Positions 57,141 to 64,000 of a stretch of DNA of 64,000 nt are shown one piece after another. Position 1 is the stretch's first letter; each line of letters starts with the position of its first letter. Under the pieces are notes generated by a model. That model worked only from the letters and a program-made list of their open reading frames with translations. It was not told where the DNA came from and did no database searches. The position numbers were made by a program, and so were the translations under genes. The stretch is from an uncultured Methanomassiliicoccus sp. (GTDB lineage Archaea; Thermoplasmatota; Thermoplasmata; Methanomassiliicoccales; Methanomassiliicoccaceae): positions 44,574 to 108,573 of the forward strand of contig CAYRPG010000005.1 of NCBI GenBank assembly GCA_964426205.1, read 5' to 3'.

Positions 57141-57662
57141 ATGGAGCTTTCCGAGATCAAGAAATTGAGACAGAAGGTGGGAATGTCCCAGACCGAGCTC
57201 GCCAGGAAGGCGGGGGTCTCCCAAGCCCACATCGCAAAGATCGAGAGCGGGAAGGTCGACCCGAGGTTCTCGACCGTGGAGAAGATACTCCGCTGCCTAA
57301 AGGAGGAGGAGAAGGACCACTGCTCTAAGTACATGACCGAGACGCTGTACGGAGTGCAGGTCGACGACACCGTGTACTCAGCGGCCAGGATCATGAGGGA
57401 GCGCGGCGTGTCCCAGCTGCTCGTGTTCAGGGGAGAGACCATACTGGGCCTTCTGACCGAGGAGGACCTGCTGCGGTTCAAGGGCGATCCCCAGACCACT
57501 CCTGCAGGCGAGGTGATGAGCGACCCTCCCCCCACGGTCTCGAGGAGCACCAGCGCCGATACGGTCAGGGACCTGCTGCTGGAGTTCCCTGCAGTGATAG
57601 TGGTCGAGCGCGACCGGGCCGTCGGCATCCTCACCAAGTCGGACCTCATCAAGCGGGACTGA
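57141..57662 (+). CDS. XRE-type HTH plus CBS-pair transcriptional regulator
   Basis: MSQTELARKAGVSQAHIAKIESGK HTH followed by two CBS-like segments. Confidence 0.75.
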   Translation: MELSEIKKLRQKVGMSQTELARKAGVSQAHIAKIESGKVDPRFSTVEKILRCLKEEEKDHCSKYMTETLYGVQVDDTVYSAARIMRERGVSQLLVFRGETILGLLTEEDLLRFKGDPQTTPAGEVMSDPPPTVSRSTSADTVRDLLLEFPAVIVVERDRAVGILTKSDLIKRD

Positions 57663-57738
57663 GCCATCCACCGCTCCCCCGTTCCACGAAAACCGCCTCG
57701 GTAATCTTAAATGCCGGTATTCGTCTAACCAAATCACT

Positions 57739-58656
57739 ATGGGAAAGGCGGACACCCACGTCCACACCAAGTACTCCGGCCTGCACAGGATGGGAGTGCT
57801 AAGGTTCCCCGAATCGGTCTCCGAACCGATGGACGTGATCGAGAGAGCGCGCTCGGCAGGAATGGACGTGGTGTGCATCACGGACCATAACTCGATCGCC
57901 GGTGCCAGGAAGGCCAGGGACATCGGGAAGGGCATCGACGGGATAGATGTGGTCATGGGGGAGGAGGTCAGCACCGCCGACGGCGAGGTCATCGGCCTTT
58001 TCCTGGAGGAGGAGATCCCTCGGGGGCTGTCCGCCGTGGAGACCATAGACCGGATAAGGTCCCAGGACGGGCTGGTCATCGCCCCTCACCCGTTCAGCCT
58101 CCACTGTCCATGTCTAGGCGAGCACATCAATGACCTGGACGTCGATGGGATCGAGGTCCTCAACGGGGGACACATCGATAACTTCGCCAACCCCCGCGCG
58201 GAGAAGGAGGCCCAGGGCGGCAAGTACGCCAGCCTGGGAGGCTCCGACTCCCACTACCTCAAGACCATCGGCCTCGCATACACCAACTTCGACGGCAGCA
58301 CCGCCGAGGAGCTGAGGAGGGCCATCCTGGCCAAGAAGACCTCGGCCGGAGGCAGGGTCATACCGCTGGACAAGGCGATAGCCTGGAGCGTCGGCGTGGT
58401 CCTGGAGTCGGACCGCCTCATCGTCCGCTCCATGTTCGGCCTGGACCGCGAGCCGACCGACGACCCGATCCACAACCTTGTGCAGAAGATGAGGCTGGGA
58501 CAGAAGCTCGGTGCGCTGTTCGGTTCGTTCGTCTACTTCCTGCCGCCTGTCCCGTACCTCGTGGGCATAGCCAGCAAGAAGATCCTGCACCACCGGGAGG
58601 ACGAGGAGAGCAACGGGAACGGCAAGGGCCTCGGCCATCTGGGACTTTTCGAGTGA
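57739..58656 (+). CDS. PHP-domain metal-dependent phosphoesterase (second copy in the window)
   Basis: DTHVHTKYS, ITDHNS and GGSDSH motifs, plus a C-terminal hydrophobic segment. Confidence 0.75.
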   Translation: MGKADTHVHTKYSGLHRMGVLRFPESVSEPMDVIERARSAGMDVVCITDHNSIAGARKARDIGKGIDGIDVVMGEEVSTADGEVIGLFLEEEIPRGLSAVETIDRIRSQDGLVIAPHPFSLHCPCLGEHINDLDVDGIEVLNGGHIDNFANPRAEKEAQGGKYASLGGSDSHYLKTIGLAYTNFDGSTAEELRRAILAKKTSAGGRVIPLDKAIAWSVGVVLESDRLIVRSMFGLDREPTDDPIHNLVQKMRLGQKLGALFGSFVYFLPPVPYLVGIASKKILHHREDEESNGNGKGLGHLGLFE

Positions 58657-60075
58657 TCAGTGGACGTGCTCGTGCTCCATCTGCTCAGGGTCTGACAGGC
58701 GCCCGAGCGCGGATATCAGCACCTCGCTCAGGGCAGGATGGATCACCTGGCTCCTGGCCATCGGCATGTATGACATGTCCCCGGCGTTCATGAGGTACAC
58801 CATCTGCTGGACCAGCAGGTCCGCGTCCTTCCCGGCGATGTGAACGCCCAGGATGCGCCGGGTGCCCTTCTCCACCACGACCTTGACCAGCCCGGTGTCG
58901 TCGGCCATGGCATTGCCCTTGGCCACGTTGGCGTACCGGCTGTAGCCGACCAGGTACTTCAGGCCGTTCGTCTTCGCCGCCTCTTCGGTCATCCCGACGC
59001 TTCCGACGGTCGGGTAGGTGTAGACGGCGTGAGGTATCGCGTGCTCGTCCGTCTCCGCCAGTTCCTGGTTGTTCATGTTGTACCAGACCACCTGGCTCTC
59101 GTAGTTGGCGGTATGACGGAACATGTGATGACCGGTGATATCCCCCAGCGCCCATATGCCTGGCGCGGTGGTCCGCAGGAACCGGTCGACCTTGATGTAG
59201 CCGAGGGCGTCCGTCTCCACCCCGGTCGCGCTGACGTTCAGCAGGTCGGCGTTGCTCTGCATCCCGGTCCCGATGAACAGCATCTCCGCCTCCTCGCTCG
59301 CCACGGCCCCTGTCCCCCGGTCCTCCCTCACCACTTCGACCCCTCCGCTGACGGGCCTCACCTCCCTGACCGTCTGGTTCGTCGAGATGGAAACGTGCTC
59401 CCCCAGCTTCTTCTTCACCACGAAGCTCATCTCCGGCTCCTCTTCCGGCACGAGCCTCACGTTCCTCTGCACGATGGAGACCCTGGTCCCCATGGCCGAG
59501 AAGAAGTGGGCGAACTCGCAGGACTTGTACCCGCCGCCGATCATGATGATGCTCTTCGGCAGGGCGGTGATGTCGAAGATGTTCTCCGAGGTCCGGTACG
59601 GCACCTTCTCCAGGCCCGGTATCGGAGGGATGTGCGATCGGGCGCCGGCGGCGAGCACTATGCTGGGGGCGTGGATCCTCTCGTTCCCCACCTCCAGGGT
59701 GTGGTCCCCGACGAACCTCCCCTGCACGTTGTACAGCTTCATGCGGGGGTCCATCCTGACCGCCTCCTCGATATGCTCCCGGTCGTGCAGGACGACGTCC
59801 CAGGTGCGCCTCCGGATAAGGTCGAAGTCCGCTCTCTCCAGCCGGGCGTGCACCCCGATCCTGGCGGCGTCCTCCATCTCCCTGATGATGTCGGCTGGGT
59901 AGATCCACATCTTGGACGGGATGCAGCCGCGGTTCAGGCAGGTGCCGCCCAGCGGGCCGTTCTCCACCAGGGCGACCCGATGGCCAGCGTTGACCGCCGG
60001 GTCCACGATGTTCATGCCCGCTCCGGACCCCACGATGATGATGTCGTACTCTTCCACGCGAACCCCGCTCAACAA
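58657..60075 (-). CDS. FAD-dependent pyridine nucleotide-disulfide oxidoreductase (dihydrolipoyl dehydrogenase / mycothione reductase-like)
   Basis: GSGAG dinucleotide motif, the redox-active GGTCLNRGCIPSK, and a C-terminal dimerisation domain. Confidence 0.8.
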   Translation of the reverse strand: MLSGVRVEEYDIIIVGSGAGMNIVDPAVNAGHRVALVENGPLGGTCLNRGCIPSKMWIYPADIIREMEDAARIGVHARLERADFDLIRRRTWDVVLHDREHIEEAVRMDPRMKLYNVQGRFVGDHTLEVGNERIHAPSIVLAAGARSHIPPIPGLEKVPYRTSENIFDITALPKSIIMIGGGYKSCEFAHFFSAMGTRVSIVQRNVRLVPEEEPEMSFVVKKKLGEHVSISTNQTVREVRPVSGGVEVVREDRGTGAVASEEAEMLFIGTGMQSNADLLNVSATGVETDALGYIKVDRFLRTTAPGIWALGDITGHHMFRHTANYESQVVWYNMNNQELAETDEHAIPHAVYTYPTVGSVGMTEEAAKTNGLKYLVGYSRYANVAKGNAMADDTGLVKVVVEKGTRRILGVHIAGKDADLLVQQMVYLMNAGDMSYMPMARSQVIHPALSEVLISALGRLSDPEQMEHEHVH

Positions 60076-60347
60076 TGGACCATGCGACTATTATTGACTT
60101 CGCCCAATCCATGCAAGGAGCGGGAGAAGCAGCGAGAGCGGCATATCACATTCCTCCGCGACCTGTGTCCACCGTTTGCACGCTTTTTTTGATTCCCATT
60201 ATACAATTATCTAATACTATCATACATACTATACTAATGTCTGTTAACATAATGTTTAATTATCTATTTGTCTATTTTCAGATTGCAGAAGCGTACAAAC
60301 GACTATTCTTTCGGTGAAAGATGGTCCGTCGGGCGGACGCCCTGCTG

Positions 60348-60371
60348 CCTCCGGGTCGTAGGGCCCGGAGG
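60348..60371 (+). promoter_or_regulatory. 8-bp hairpin in the amt leader (CCTCCGGG-N8-CCCGGAGG) whose 3' arm contains a GGAGG
   Basis: Read directly from the sequence, 19 nt upstream of the amt ATG. A second hairpin lies at 60324-60338. Confidence 0.3.
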
Positions 60372-60389
60372 GTGTGAGGTGGGACCAAG

Positions 60390-61631
60390 ATGGCATACGA
60401 TGCTGGATCGATCGCGTGGATCCTGATATCCACGGCACTGGTCATGATCATGACCCCTGCGGTTGGGTTCTTCTACGGCGGGATGCTGAAGAAGAACAGC
60501 ATGCTATCCATGCTCGGGCAGAGCCTGATAGCCATGGGCGTGGTGACGATAATATGGGTGACGGTCGGGTTCACCCTGGCCTTCGGCCCGGGGAGCACCC
60601 TGATCGGCAACCTGAACTTCGCTTTCATGAACGGGATCGGCGTGTGGTCCAACCCGCCGGCGCTGGCGTACTTCCCCACGGCCATCCCGCCGCTGCTCTT
60701 CATGATGTTCCAGGGCATGTTCGCGATAATCACCGTCGCCCTGATCATCGGCGGCATCGCCGAGCGCATGAAGCTCGCCGCGGTCACCGTCTTCCTGGCC
60801 CTGTGGTCCATCATCGTCTACACCACGGTCGCCCACTGGGTCTGGGGAGGGGGCTGGATAGCCCAGCTGGGGGCGCTTGACTTCGCCGGCGGCACGGTCG
60901 TCCATATCACTGCCGGCGCCACCGTCCTGGCGGCGACCCTGGTGATCGGCAAGAGGCTGTCCAGGCAGAACCGGGTCGAGGAGCAGGCGCACAACATCCC
61001 GTTCGTCGTCCTGGGGGGCGCGCTGCTGTGGATCGGCTGGTTCGGATTCAACGGCGGCAGCGCCCTCTCCTCGGGCGAGCTCGCGGTCAGCGCGTTCGTC
61101 GTCACCCAGGTGGCGGCCGCGACCGCGGGCGTGGTGTGGGGCCTGGTCTCTTACCTTCACCTCGGCCGGACGAGCGTCCTGGGCATGATCACCGGCGCGG
61201 TGGTCGGTCTGGTCGCCATCACCCCGGCTTCCGGTTACGTGGACGTCATGGGCGCCCTGGCCATCGGCATCGTGGCTCCGGTGATCAGCTACGCGGCCAT
61301 CCACCTCAGGAAGAGGGCGGGCTTCGACGATGCCCTGGACGTCTGGGCGTGCCACGGCGTCGGCGGCACGGTCGGCGCCGTGGCCACCGGCTTCCTGGCG
61401 ACCTCCGCCGTCAACCCCGCGGTGGTCACTAACGGCCTGCTGTACGGCGGCGGCTTCGGCCTGCTGGCCGATCAGCTGATAGCCGTCTGCGCGGTGTGGG
61501 CGTTCGTGTTCGTCACGGTGATCGTCATGATGAAGGCCCTCACCCTGCTCTGGCCCAGCTGGCGCCTGACCAGGGAAGAGGAGAGGATCGGCGTCGACAT
61601 CGTCCAGCACGGCGAGAACGCCTATACCTGA
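60390..61631 (+). CDS. amt: ammonium transporter (Amt family)
   Basis: 413 aa, 11-12 TM segments, and motifs DFAGGTVVHI and WGLVS...GAVVGLVAITP. Confidence 0.9.
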   Translation: MAYDAGSIAWILISTALVMIMTPAVGFFYGGMLKKNSMLSMLGQSLIAMGVVTIIWVTVGFTLAFGPGSTLIGNLNFAFMNGIGVWSNPPALAYFPTAIPPLLFMMFQGMFAIITVALIIGGIAERMKLAAVTVFLALWSIIVYTTVAHWVWGGGWIAQLGALDFAGGTVVHITAGATVLAATLVIGKRLSRQNRVEEQAHNIPFVVLGGALLWIGWFGFNGGSALSSGELAVSAFVVTQVAAATAGVVWGLVSYLHLGRTSVLGMITGAVVGLVAITPASGYVDVMGALAIGIVAPVISYAAIHLRKRAGFDDALDVWACHGVGGTVGAVATGFLATSAVNPAVVTNGLLYGGGFGLLADQLIAVCAVWAFVFVTVIVMMKALTLLWPSWRLTREEERIGVDIVQHGENAYT

Positions 61632-61643
61632 GGGGGTCCGAGG

Positions 61644-61991
61644 ATGAGGAAGATAGAAGCGATCATACGGCCGGAGAAGCTGAACCAGGTGAAGACGGCC
61701 CTCGAGGCCATCGACATCAAGGGCATGACCGTCCACGATGTCTCGGGCCGGGGCGAGCAGAACGGGCTGGAGTTCATCAACCGCGCAGGCAAGTTCCGCG
61801 TGGACCTTCTCCCCAAGGTGCTGATCACCATCGTCGCGCCGGACAAGGAGGAGGACAGGATCATCAGCACCATACTGGAGTGCGCCCGGACGGGGGAGAT
61901 GGGTGACGGAAAGGTGTTCGTGAGCAACGTCGAAAGGTGCGTCCGGATCCGGACCGGAGAGGAGGGCGACAAGGCCCTGCGGCCCTCCTGA
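61644..61991 (+). CDS. glnK: P-II nitrogen regulatory protein
   Basis: MRKIEAIIRPEKL...GDGKVFV; 12 nt downstream of amt. Confidence 0.9.
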   Translation: MRKIEAIIRPEKLNQVKTALEAIDIKGMTVHDVSGRGEQNGLEFINRAGKFRVDLLPKVLITIVAPDKEEDRIISTILECARTGEMGDGKVFVSNVERCVRIRTGEEGDKALRPS

Positions 61992-62098
61992 AAAACTTTT
62001 TTCCTCTCTTTATCATGGAAAGGTCGGAAGCATGTCCTCATCGGCCACTAGGCCTCGGACAGGCTTCCTTACGACCTCCGGCGTTCGCTCCTCCTTCC

Positions 62099-64000
62099 CT
62101 ACCTGGGCTTCCTCGGCCGAAAGAACAGGGCTCCCACGACCGCCCCTACCGCCACCACAGCTCCGATCGCGATGATCGGCAGCATGGAGGAACCGCCGTC
62201 CTTCTGCGCACTGCCGATGGTCAGGGCGACGGTCTGATCTACCGAGTTGCCATCGGCGTCCACGGCACGCACGGTGATGGAGCGCTGACCTTCCGACAGA
62301 CCGGTCAGGTCGAAGGAACCAACGGTTCTATCCAGCGTCTTGACCACGACCCCATCGACGAGGACCTCGTAGTGATCGACGATGCCGTCAGGGTCGCTGC
62401 AGGTCCATGAGAGCTTGACCGTCTCTCCCTGGGAGTACGTGGCCTCAAGGCCACCGATCGTCAGGGTGACCGTGCTCATCGGGATGTCGTTGAGGTCCAA
62501 CTTGTTGACGGCCTCGGTGTTCCCGGCCACGTCGACCGAGTAGTACTCAAGGGTGCCGTAACCGGAGTTCAGCACCTTTACCGGAGAGCCATAGTTTTGC
62601 CATTCCCCTCCGTCGATGCGGTATCTGGTAGAGCTGACCCCAGAGGCATTGTCGGTGGCCAGCAGGCGCAACGTGCCATCCCCGTCGAGCGAGTATGCCG
62701 TGACGGGCGCGGTGCCGTCGATGTTGATCGAGAGCGTGTGATCCCCTTCCACATTACCGGCCACGTCCACGGCATGGTAGGTGAGATTGTGCGCGCCGTC
62801 GCTCGCGATGCTCATGTCACCGCCCCAGGCCGCCCAAGCACCGTTGTCCAGCCTGTACTGGACGCTCCCCACCCCGCTCCGGGCGTCCGAGGCGGTCAGC
62901 CGGACCTTCACCGGCCCATCGTACCACCCGCTCGCGCCGGCGGTCCTGTTGACGGACGAAGCGGTCTGCGGAGGCGTCGCGTCCACGGATGTCGAGGCGT
63001 CGGGCACCGATGGTTGCTTTTCGGTCACCCCTCCGCCCGATGCGATACTGTAGAACTGGTAATCGCGCTCGCCGCCGGTGAGGGACGAATCGAAGTGGAC
63101 CACCTCTCCGCTGGAGAAGGACCCGTCCGGGTGGCTTGCATCGGTGTACAGGGAATACGACGAGCTGGCGCTGGACCTGTAGTAGAGCTTGACGCTCTCC
63201 GGGACGCCCTGGCCCGTGTCGATGGATACCTCGATGTCGAAGGTCCCCTTGGAAAATGAGGGCAGGGGACCGACATGGGACCATGAGGCATCGCTCACCT
63301 GAGTGACCAGGATGTTGTCGATGTACGCGCCCTCCTGCCATTCCGTCCCTAATATGTAAGGGCCGCTGATGAAGTCGAAGCTTATGGTCTTGGCGTTCAC
63401 TGGGATGGTGGCGGTGGCCTGCCTCCACGAGGACTCGTCCGAGGATGGCTGTGTCCAGACCGTGGTGTACGTGGAGTTGTCGGCCGACACGCTGACGCTG
63501 AGGTGATCATATCCCCCCGGCACGCTGCTGGCCATCGTCTTCGACCAGTATATGAAGCTCAGGGTACCGTCCCCGAGCCCCGGGTCCATGTTCAGGGAGT
63601 GCCTGATGTACGCGGACATGTTGGCATCATACCTCTGGACCTCGGTGTTCGACTTTATCCCGAGGTTCCTGGTCGGGGCGATGCTGTTGCTACCGATGAC
63701 CGCGCACCACAGGCTATAGGTATTTCCGGAGGGACTGACCCGATAGGTAGAGTGGCACCAGGTGTCTACGCCCGAATCGGGGTTGCTGTCCCCGCGGACC
63801 CATATCTCCTTGCCATCCTGGTCCCAACCCGTATTGCAGTTGAAGTTGGGATTCTCAAAGTTCTCCCTAAGCACGGTGACCGTCGATGCGCTCGCTGCCG
63901 ATGCGGCCGGGATCACAGGCAACAGGATGCCCAGAACGAACGATAGAACGATAGCGATCGCAGCCAGTGGACAGCGGCATTTCCTTCCTCTTACCCCCAT
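62099..64000 (-). CDS. secreted surface protein with Ig-like/OmpL47-type repeats and a C-terminal TM anchor
   Basis: Signal-like N-terminus (CPLAAIAIVLSFVLGILLPVIPAASA). Repeated ...ARSGVGSVQYRLDNGAW...HNLTYHAVDVAGNVE... modules, then a terminal helix followed by RPRKPR. The ATG is the last codon in the window, so the true start may lie outside it. Confidence 0.7.
   Translation of the reverse strand: MGVRGRKCRCPLAAIAIVLSFVLGILLPVIPAASAASASTVTVLRENFENPNFNCNTGWDQDGKEIWVRGDSNPDSGVDTWCHSTYRVSPSGNTYSLWCAVIGSNSIAPTRNLGIKSNTEVQRYDANMSAYIRHSLNMDPGLGDGTLSFIYWSKTMASSVPGGYDHLSVSVSADNSTYTTVWTQPSSDESSWRQATATIPVNAKTISFDFISGPYILGTEWQEGAYIDNILVTQVSDASWSHVGPLPSFSKGTFDIEVSIDTGQGVPESVKLYYRSSASSSYSLYTDASHPDGSFSSGEVVHFDSSLTGGERDYQFYSIASGGGVTEKQPSVPDASTSVDATPPQTASSVNRTAGASGWYDGPVKVRLTASDARSGVGSVQYRLDNGAWAAWGGDMSIASDGAHNLTYHAVDVAGNVEGDHTLSINIDGTAPVTAYSLDGDGTLRLLATDNASGVSSTRYRIDGGEWQNYGSPVKVLNSGYGTLEYYSVDVAGNTEAVNKLDLNDIPMSTVTLTIGGLEATYSQGETVKLSWTCSDPDGIVDHYEVLVDGVVVKTLDRTVGSFDLTGLSEGQRSITVRAVDADGNSVDQTVALTIGSAQKDGGSSMLPIIAIGAVVAVGAVVGALFFRPRKPR

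Noticed and set aside
60324-60371. Known glutamine (glnA) riboswitch in the amt leader
   Set aside because: I could not recognise the conserved E-loop/pseudoknot sequence of that class by eye, and the class is not known from archaea. It is kept only as a generic structured leader.

Overview
High-GC, densely coded archaeal chromosome segment. The archaeal assignment rests on an intein-containing RFC small subunit, ribosomal protein L40e, ABCE1, archaeal-type riboflavin synthase with RibL, and short TATA-like boxes about 30 nt upstream of several starts. The gene content looks Thermoplasmata/Methanomassiliicoccales-like, but that is inference only. Most of the window is housekeeping: hypA/hypD, nikR, topA, eno, glyA, the ribB-ribL-ribC-ribH operon, ftsZ, metG, abce1, fprA, metK and amt-glnK. 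No rRNA, tRNA or CRISPR array was seen. Many long ORFs in the track are antisense or out-of-frame artefacts of the high GC content. Six places do not look ordinary. (1) A visibly lower-GC three-gene cassette at 9914-11875, bounded by AT-rich spacers, encodes two paralogous proteins plus a helical partner, none with a function I can assign. (2) A 776-bp spacer between metG and abce1 has a GC-rich, helix-dense, ORF-poor half that looks like a large structured RNA of unresolved class. (3) One operon (24815-30752) couples an ABC importer to UbiA/UbiE/UbiD-type ring-tailoring enzymes, and the permease reads into the UbiA prenyltransferase with no stop codon. (4) A 629-aa LAGLIDADG intein carrying extra winged-helix-like modules sits in rfc. 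(5) A COG0523 metallochaperone is split from a His-rich partner. (6) An internally deleted tnpB relic lies next to hypD. Two large Fn3/Ig-repeat surface proteins, a bacterial-type MetK and Lys/Ala-rich tails on TopA and MetK are also noted.
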